Position numbers and translations under genes: made by a program. Shown here one piece after another: positions 49,509 through 59,400 of a stretch of 64,000 bases of DNA; position 1 is the stretch's first letter; each line of letters opens with the position of its first letter. The stretch comes from Amoebophrya sp. A120 (lineage: Eukaryota > Protista > Dinoflagellata): assembly GCA_905178155.1 (NCBI GenBank), contig CAJINV010000004.1:4133555-4197554 (forward strand), given 5' to 3'. The notes under the pieces are model-generated. The model made no database searches. It was not told the DNA's origin and was given only the letters and a program-made list of their open reading frames with translations.

Positions 49509-50488
49509 GGAAGCACTTCTTTGTATAGTTACACTGTATCAGTACGTGCTATCATGGTCATGCACGAGCAGCAGGGCCGTGCGGAAAAATTGTCACCTTT
49601 ATTTTTGATTCAACATTTCGCTGGCAGCACGGTTGTCATGACCTGCTGGACAACGGTTTTCTTCCTGGCTCGCTGTGCCGGGGCATCTAGATGTTTTTCG
49701 AGAACGGGAATTGTTGTTCCTCTTCGAATGTAAGGCATTTTTCGCAAATCGATGATCCTTTACTGTTTAGGATCTTCTATTTCCTCGTCTCTCATTTTCA
49801 TTGCTCCATTGTTTTCGTTCTCTCATGTTCGCGGGTGGGGGCACTTACTTAAATATGTTTCGGTCAAGAAAATGATATCAACCGCACTAGTTGTAAAAGT
49901 AAATGGAACTGCTAAGAAAGAAAACAGCGGTCGTGTGAGAGTAAGTGTTATCGTTCGTTTGGTGAAGGTCGCAGCATAAAGATTCTCGTGGGGGGGCGTT
50001 GCTCGAGGCCGATCGACCGATCGACCGCTCGACAGCGAAGTTCTAGATTGGAAAGGAGTTCTTGCCCATTAATACATTTGAACTGAGCAGGGGACTACAA
50101 CATCTACAGCAAAACAACAAACGACCACAACGACGGGAAGAAGCGAGGGCCTCGTTGATGTTTACTCAAAAATCGTAAGACTTTAGTCGTCCAATGAGTT
50201 GTCTTTGAGCCAGGGGCTTTATTCGTCTGTCTCCGATGATCGGTTTATTTGGTCGTCATCCAGCTTGCTAGAAGTGCACCACGCTTGCTAGAGCAAAAGG
50301 AAATAAATCAGCACAGAGATGAAGAACTTGTTTATTATAGTTGGTCTTTTGTGATTGAGTTCTATATCTTATCTATGCCAATAAAATCGCATATCTATGT
50401 GAATGGTTCTCCACTATAATCTTAGGATTTTTTGGCTGCTGTTGTGAAGGTGCTGTTTCAAATTATCCCGCATCGCTGCTACTTCCAG

Positions 50489-53400
50489 ATGAACAAGATG
50501 CTATTGTTCAACATTTTTGCACCGCCGCCAGCACGACTTCTTCTTTTGCTCTCCCTCGCGTTCCTCTTGTTCTTCAGCGAGGACGATCTTGTCGGTCTTC
50601 ATACAACCTCTTTCGGCGGCTTCTCTGCACCATCACGAACAACCAGTCGTGGTCCTCGTGGTTCATTTTTGTGCGTAGAAGTTCTAGCGAAGATCGGGGG
50701 AGATAAAATCGACCTAGAGACCACGGAGCGAAACGTCGGAAGTGACCAAGAAGATGAGCAGGAGGAGCTCCTGCAGCTGGTGCACTATGGTCCGCACGAT
50801 GTAGTTATGAACTGCAAAAGCATCGTACTAGTAGAAATCGCATGACAAATTCCCGCAGCAAAATAAGAATTTGTAAGGCATAAATGCGATTAGTACGAGT
50901 ACGATACTTTTGCAGTGCATAGTTGGAGCAGATCCTGCTCGCGCCGGTAGAACTGCCGTCATCGTGGACGAGCTGGGCGCCGATGCTCGTCGAGTAGCTG
51001 CAGGACCTGGTGGTACCAAGATGAATGCGATGAAAACTCGCCTGCGGGGCTCGCTGAGGAGCGGGGGCCGATTAAAGGTTCTTTTGCCGGAACAAACGGC
51101 TGTTGTGCTAGGTGCAGCATCTGCTTCTTCACCTTCGAAGGAGCCATCTTCTTCAACATCTGCCATTCAACTCGACGACCACAGTGGTCCTTTTCCGCCC
51201 ACCAGCAGCCCTGGGGCCGTGTCCGCAACGAGAGCAATGGCACCAAACGATGCTACGTCAGTACAAGAACGTATGCCACGTACGTCAGCAGCACCGGCCG
51301 ACTTGGATCCAAGCGAAGAGTGGCGCGGCAGGGGAGGTTATGAATTGCAAAAATGTCTGGGTCTGGAAGGTCACAACTTGTGATGCTGTCTGTGGATTCT
51401 GAAAAAAATTTGTATTGCATGACCAGCAAGAGGGGTCGGGTTTGTCCTACGTGGAGAGGGCATTTCTCATGCGGTAGAGGTATCACAAAGCCCTCTAAAA
51501 ATATGTGAGGCTACGGCATGCATCACAGACATCATGGCTCATGGAATAAAATATGCATGACAAATGTAGAAATGTAGTTCCAGACCCAGACATATTTCTA
51601 TTTGCAATGCATAGAGGTCAGAGCGCTCCCACTCTTCGACACGACGACGAAAAGAGCAAAGCAGAGCATCTTTCAGAACCCAAGTTCGACACTCGGCACA
51701 ACTACCTGCAGAGCAAGAGGACGAAGAAGGAGACGGAAGCTGCGGGCCCCTACTCGTATTCCTACCTCCCCTCCGCCGAGTTGCTGAAAAATCAAAATGC
51801 GGGAGGTGATCTTGATCTTCTTGGGTCGAAGATAAAGACGAGCCTGATGAACAACATGAAAAACAAGAACACTAACGGCAGGACGACGGGACGAGGACAA
51901 AGCACCGCCATGCAACAAGCTGGACAACGTAGTTCTTACATTCGCGGCAATGTAGTCCTCGAGAATGTTTTGTTGAAAGGTGGGTCCTCGGAGGTGCGAG
52001 GACTCTCGCCAACGAAGGCACGACAACTCGCTACACGACTACAAGACGCCGCGAAGCTGTATTCCGTTTTCATGAATGGAACACGAGCTGCAGCGTTTCC
52101 GCCCACCACTTCCGGCGAGCGAAGAAATGAACCTTCCGCGCCTACGAACGACACCCTTCCTGGAGCGGCCACGACCTCTAGTAGTACTTCACCTCGGCGG
52201 GGGCGCGACGTGGTCGAGCAGGCCGCATCACAACCGGCAAGCTTTTTGGCTCGGGTGAAAATGATTGACGACCTAGATTTTTTCGCCGGCGACATGGCCG
52301 CCCGGCTGCAAGAAGACGTGCTAGATACAGAAGCCGGCAACCCGGGAGGCGTGCTGGTGAACCACGGGGACACGTATCATCACGATGGTTACGAGTCCGA
52401 TAGCCTGTTCATGAGCAATGCAAATGGGATAGCGGACCTGCTCGGAACACTGGGGAAAATAGACGGGCAGACGACGCGACCTTCGATCGGTACGTATTTA
52501 ACTAGCGAGAACTACCTGGACCCCGCAAAGTTCCAGCCCGGCACGCTTGACGTGATGGAGCGAGCAATGGAGCAAATAACGCAGAACAGTGCCGATAACC
52601 TCCACGACGATTCGCCCGAAGAATTTACAGCCAAAGTCGCGCGAGTGTGCGGCATGCGCGAGGATCATTGGCCGGTGAATGTCGACGACCAACTGGAGTC
52701 CTTCGCAAGCCATCTGGAGTGGTCTTGGCTCGAGCTTGCTATCGACGCTGACAAGGACGACAATTCCGGCACACCACAGAAGGAACTGTCTTGGAGTGAC
52801 TTGGAAAAAGTTCCGGCGATTATCACACAGAAAAAAGCAGGTAGGTCATCATGATATTTGTGTATGCAAAAATGAATACACAAAAAAATAAAAATCTGTA
52901 TGGCATATGCCAAACCACATGCGATGTGTCCACCCACGACAGATTTTTCACTTATTTTTGCATTACAAATATGCCCTGCTAGCTTTTTTCTCTGGGATAG
53001 CGATGGAGGCCGCGGCAGAGGACGGAAAGATCACCTACGACGAGTGGCCGGGACCTTATGGCGTTCTCAAATGTAGTTACATTCTCAACTCTTACATGAT
53101 TTTGCATGCAAAATTACATATCAGAATCGACACGATGATCATCAAGCTGCTTCGCATAACAAATTCTCGAAGAGCCAAACAGGCTGAGAATATCTGCTAA
53201 ATGTGTCACGCAAGACGCGCAAGGTCGCCCCTTTCACTTTTGCCCTTCTTGCATCACAAATCCATGCAACAGCTGAGAGCGTAACAGTAGTTGAGAACGC
53301 CACAGACCTAAGTCGGTCTGGTTTGCTATTCGACACCGCAGCTTCGAGCTGGATCCGTCCTCGGGAGTAGACCCTGTTGGCTGGGACTCGGACGAAGCTG

Positions 53401-56400
53401 TTGATGGGTCGTGGACGTGGAGTATTCCCTGAAAATTAACCATCCCTATCCACCTTTTGCATGAAAAGCACACCTTTTACTACATGCTTTGCATGACAAA
53501 TTGGATGGGGATGGTTAATTTTCAGGGAATATGGAGTGACACTCGCGGTTCGTTCACAGCGCGGGACCTATGCTGTGCAAAAGTATCGTACTCGTATAAA
53601 TGCATTACAAATTTCCTGAGCATGAGAAATAAAATTTCTAATGCGGATTTACCTTAGCAAAAGGATTTGTATTGCATGATTGCAATACGAGCGCGATACT
53701 TTTGCACAGGATAGGACCTGCAGGCCTACAACGACGAACATCATTCGGCCTCCGACCCTTGGAGCATTGCGAACCAGGTCACGATATCAACTGTAAAAAT
53801 GTCTGGGTCTGGAAGAATCCAACTTGTCATGCTAAATCTGAAGCATGCAAAAATCTTCTGTATTGCATGATTACCAAAAGTCGTCCAGTTTTGACCAAGT
53901 CGGGAGGCAGTTTCTCATGCAGGATAGGCATGGGAAAGATCGCGCAGAATCTGTCATGCTATGTCCTGCATTCCAGACCTCATGGGCCATGGAAAAGCTG
54001 CATGGCAAATCGCGCATTCTTCCAGACCCAGACATTTTTCCATTTGATACACGAAATCTCCGGGGGGTGAGCTCATCTCTTCGTCGCACCATCCTAGCAA
54101 ACCTGAAGATTCAGCGCACCAGAATTTCGGATACGCGACCCAGCCCAACTGGCTGTCGAGTCCTGACGTCCCGGAAAGCATGCGAGAGTGGCTAGTGCGC
54201 CACACCGCGACCGGAAGGGCTTTTGGGGTCGCCGGCATCAACGAGGCGGAGAGCCGCGCTTTCGTTGATGCACTCGAGCACCAGGACCCGGGCCTGGATC
54301 TCGGGGAGAAAATCGACAGCGGCGAAGAAGTGCAGCGAGCGGTGCAAGTGTGGAATGCCAAGACGAGCAGCGGGGGCGTTGCTGGTGATTCCCTGGACGA
54401 ACCGCCAAACTTCACCGACACCTATCAGAAAAACTGGGAAGCAATTTTGTTGGCAAAGAGTGACAGACGAGGCACGGATGTGGGTTGGCCGGAACTTGAG
54501 CCGCTCGCCCTCGCCTTTCACACTGCTTGCCTCTCGGGGCCCAGCCCCCGTGGTTGCAAAATGTTTGCACACCATGAGCCGAGCGTCGCCAAGAGCACTT
54601 GGATGGGCACAGAAGATATCAACTGTAAAAATGTCTGGGTCTGGAAGAATCCAATTTGTCATGCTGGTTTTGGATTGTAAAAAAATCTGTATTGCATGAG
54701 CAGCAAGAAAGAGAGTCCAAGTTTTGCTGCACTGAAAGAGCATTTGTCATGCGGTATAGGCATCAGGTAGCCCTCACAAAATCTGTGATGCTAGGGCATG
54801 CATCACAGACGTCAGGGGTCATGCAAAACATCTTCCATACCCAGACATTTTTACATTTGATAGAAGAGACGTGGCAACGACTGGTGGAGGCGTTCGTATG
54901 ATCCGCAAAAAAAAAAACAACCCCTCCCATCCACGTTTTGCATGACTACATACAAATTGGATGGGTGTCAGCAGGGGTATTTATTTTCTTGTGGATACTT
55001 CGACACCGAGAACGATGTCGTCGGCTTCAACGAGAAACTTGATCGCCGTCCGCTACTATGCATTGCAAAAGTATCGCACTCGTATAACTGCACTACTTAC
55101 AAATTTCCTCAGCATGAGAAATAGAAATTTGTAATGCGGATTTGCCTTCAGAAAGAGATTTGTAATGCAAGACTTGCATTTATACGAATGCGATGCTTTT
55201 GCACAGGATAGCTACTCCACCGCGTGATTGAGGAAGAGGAAGTGCTATACTCTGTCCCCAGCCAGGCCTTATCGAGTGCAAAAATGTCTGGGTCTGGAAG
55301 ATTGCCAGGCTTGTCATGCATATTTTGCATAACCCATGATGCCTGTAAAAATGCATGACCTAGCATCACAGATTTTTGAAGGGCCTTCTGATGCGTATTC
55401 CGCATGAGAAACGCCCACTTCGCGTAGCACAAACTGCACGCCTCTTGCTGACTCATGCAATACGGATCTTTTTTACCTTCCAAAGACAGCATCACAAGTT
55501 GCAACCTTCCAGACCCAGACACTTTCGCATTTGATAGGCCTCCACAGCGTTGGTAGAGGAATACGAGCAGTTGTACAGCGACGAGGAAAACAAGCCCGAA
55601 AATGTAAAAACCGTCTATGACGTGCTCAGACGTTACAATGATCTCAACTGTTACAATAGAATCTGGAATTTCAATTTGTGTTGCAAGAGGTGCATTTTTA
55701 TCTAGCCAACTGCAACTCTCATAGGATTGCGCATGACAAGTTCTGGAGCCCCAACCCGCACTACAATCATCTGGCGAAATTTGTACTGCAGAAAGTGGAA
55801 AAGTGTCCGAGTCTGTCATGCTCATTCATGCAGTGCTCAGGAATGATGTCATGCTCAGGAATGATGTCATTGTCATGCACATCATGCAACACAAAACCCA
55901 GACTCTATAATTGTAACGTTTGAGATTGTAACGCTTGAGCAGGTCATACCTTCCTCGAGGCAGTATGGAGAGGCGTGGGCGATCCGGAGGGTATGAGCAG
56001 GAGCACCGCTTCGACCTTGGCGAGTGACGCTCTAATTGGCCTACCCGCTTTATCCCACAGTAAAAAGCTGGCAGGGCGGCATATTTGTAATTCAAAAATA
56101 AATACGCAGAAAAATCTGTCATGCTTGGCCCCGTTGCATGCTGTTTCAGATATGCAATGCAGATTTTTTTGTGTATTTGTTTTTGCATTACCCTGCCAGC
56201 TTTTTTCTGTGTGATACGCTTACGGCTACATCGCATACGACAAATGGAAGAGGAACAAGAAGAAGGCTGCTCGACGGGTATTACGAGGAAAAATCCCCCC
56301 TCCCCATATGATCAAAGCGAAATTTCTGATGCTGGATTTGCGTACACAATAAATCAGCTTTGTCTTGCAGTAGAGGACTGCAGGCGCAGGCCCATAAGCA

Positions 56401-59400
56401 GCCTGAGTGGACGAGAGGTTTTGGCGGCCTAGGCGCTCAGCATGACAGAAGTCTATGCCTTAGGCCCAACAGCATCACAAACCGCCGGCATAATGCGGGA
56501 GGTCTTGTGGGTTTGCCTTCTTTCAAGACAGACACGATTTGTGGCCACAAATAAGCAGCGCAAATTTCTAAAAAAATATCTATCCCTCCTTTTCAGGGTG
56601 GGGAGGGGGAGTTTTCTTTCAGGATCACAGGCGGCCAAAGAGCAAGCCGCGAAAGAAGCAAACGCCACGGGCGGCACGAGCACGAGCAGGACCAAGAAAA
56701 CGAGGAAAACGGAGAATATGACCTGCTCGAAAGTTACAATCTCAAGAAACGTTAGTACTTACAAAAGAATCTGGATTTTGTGGTCTTGCATCATGTTCGT
56801 TGAGCATTTGACAGATCTCTTGCAGAGCGTTCCACTTTCTGCAAGACAAATTTCGACAGATTCTAGTTGCGGTTTGGCACAACTCCAGATGAACTTGTCA
56901 TGTGCAATCCTGTGGGAGTAGGCTACTAGTAGGTCATGATGCACTTCGTGCATCATAGATTTCGATATCCCATTGCAACGTTTGAGATTGTAACGCCTGT
57001 TGAAATGGTTATACTAGAGAAGGGGACCGTAAATGAATCCGACTCTGAAGATGACGACGACGATGAATATTCATCCGCAGAACTTGGGGAAGGGGGAGGC
57101 GAGGGTCGTTATCAACTGTAAATATGTCTGGGTCCTCTGGAAAGATGCTGCAGGGTTTGCCATGCTTGTCTCACATGGCTCTCAGGTCTGTCATGTTGCG
57201 CATTAATTACCCAAAAGCTGCATTTTTCTGTCATGCACAAGCTCACTTTGTCATGCAGAAGCGAAAACACTGTCTGTGCTTGTAGTAAGAAGTACCTCCA
57301 GAAATACTACTTGTCATGCTTCCCAGTCAACTGAGGTGTCATCCACCTCGTCTTTCTCAAGTACGTAGCGTTACAAGTTTCATCCAGACCCAGACATTTT
57401 ATTGCAGTCGATAAGGGTACTACTAGCAACAGGACGATGAGAGACGTCAGTCCCGAAGATGGGAGCGGATCTACTTCTTCCACAAGCGCGAGTGTTGGAG
57501 GTGTTGGTGTTCAGCGACGCCATCAGCGGGATGCGGAAGATGTCCCGGTTATCCTGCGCGACGTCGCTATGGGAATGTCAGGATCGAAATCGTCAAAGTT
57601 GAAATGATTTGCCATGCGTAAAATGCAATACAAAAAGTGACTCTATTGCAGAGGACGCACGGGAGGCGGATTATAGTCCTGGTAGCCAAGGGTAATAGCT
57701 GCTGACTAGCGTTACAGAAGGCAGCTCTTTTGCCCTAAACCGCATGGCAGACTCGCTTCTAGGACCGGGAAAATTCGTCATGCACCGCCTACAAACTGTA
57801 GGTCTAACTGGTATCCGTTTTATGCATGGCAAACTATTTCAACTTTGACGATTTCAAACCTGACACATCCATAGTCGCTGACGTGACGTCCCGCATCTTG
57901 CCAGCCACATCCCGCATCTATCAAATGTAAAAATGTCTGGGTCTGGAAGAATGCAACCTGTGATGCTGCATTTGGATTCCCAAAGAATCTGCATTGCATG
58001 AGTACCAAAGGAAGTGCAATTTTTGCTACGCTGAGAAGGCATTTGTCATGCGGAATACGCATCAAGAAGCCCTCAAAAAATCTGTATTGCTAGGGTATGC
58101 ATCACAGACATCGCGGCTCATGCAAAACGTGCATGACAAGTGTCAGAATCTTCCAGACCCAGACATTTTTACAGTTGATAGCATCCTGCGCGGGCTGCGC
58201 GAAGATGCCAGACGTCATGCGCGGGATGATGATAACCCCTCGCGCAGCTTTGCAGAAGAACGGGCTCGGCGAGGAGTTATCAAACTGTTGAAACAAGCTT
58301 GGTAGTGCTAGTGCCCCTGCTCCCACCGCAGATGAATTTGTTTGATTTATTTCATAGTTGGTATGACTAGCAGTCACTCGCCCGCCCGAAGAAGCGAACA
58401 CATAACTGATTTTCATAGTTTGTACGACAAACAGTCACTCGCCCGCCCGAAGAAGCGAACACATAACAACTTACAACAGGGCAACAAGGAGCCTAGAGTC
58501 GGTCACATCCGTTCGCCCGGCCGGCCGGACGGCACATGACCGGGGGCATTCCTGCCTCGGGGCGATTTCGGCGCTGAATGCAGCAGCAGCTGCGGCCATC
58601 GGTTAAGCAGCGCTGGCACTTCCTTGCGCCGCTGCACCAGGAGCAGCTATGCCTATGGACAGAGGGGGGCTCCTTTCTTTAAAAAAAAATCCCGCCCCAT
58701 TGGATCAATGTGCAGAGCCGCCGGAGCAAGACAGCCGGCGGCCTCGCAACCGGGGCGGGAGCACGGGGGGGAGGATTCGTGCCTTTTTTTCGTGAAGGGC
58801 CGAGCGCGTGACCTTTTTGATTTTAGTTGTTGCGTGGGAGCACAAGCTAAAAGCTCGCGCCACCCACCGGGGGCGGACCAAGGGTAAGAGTCATCCCTTT
58901 TTTCGTGAAAGGCCGAACTCGTCGCGATCTTTTTTCTTCAGTTGAGCTCCCGGGCAAGCTGGTATCGGTATCGTTGTGTGTGCTCCGGTCGTGATTCGCC
59001 GGGGGTTGCGCCGTGTATTGTAACAGTGGGCCGACACCACCAGAAAACTGATGCTTGCGCCGCACTGGCCATAAAAAAAACCTTGGACCCTAAATCGGAA
59101 ACATAAACCCGCACGCAGTAAACCCTAAACCCTTTGCGACCGGCCGCCCGCGTGGAATACTCCCACGAGCTAGCCGACGGCCCCCGGCTGCGTGACCGGT
59201 TCCGGAGCGTGGGCAAGAGAAGTGTTGCCCCAGTGAAGTGCCACGCTCATGCTGATGCTTTTTTTCTTAGTTGCCCGGGTGCGCGCTTCCCGGCGGCCAC
59301 CACCTCCGACCGCCGCGCCACGACCCACTGACCCCCGGTCACGTGCCGTTCGGCCGACCGGACCGACGGACGTGACCCGCACGCCCGGTCACGTCTAGGC

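Noticed and set aside
23070-58180. Recurrent peptides KMSGSGR, FQTQTF, CKNVWVWK, PDPDIF as a protein repeat family
   Set aside because: They are six-frame translations of the family A TIR.
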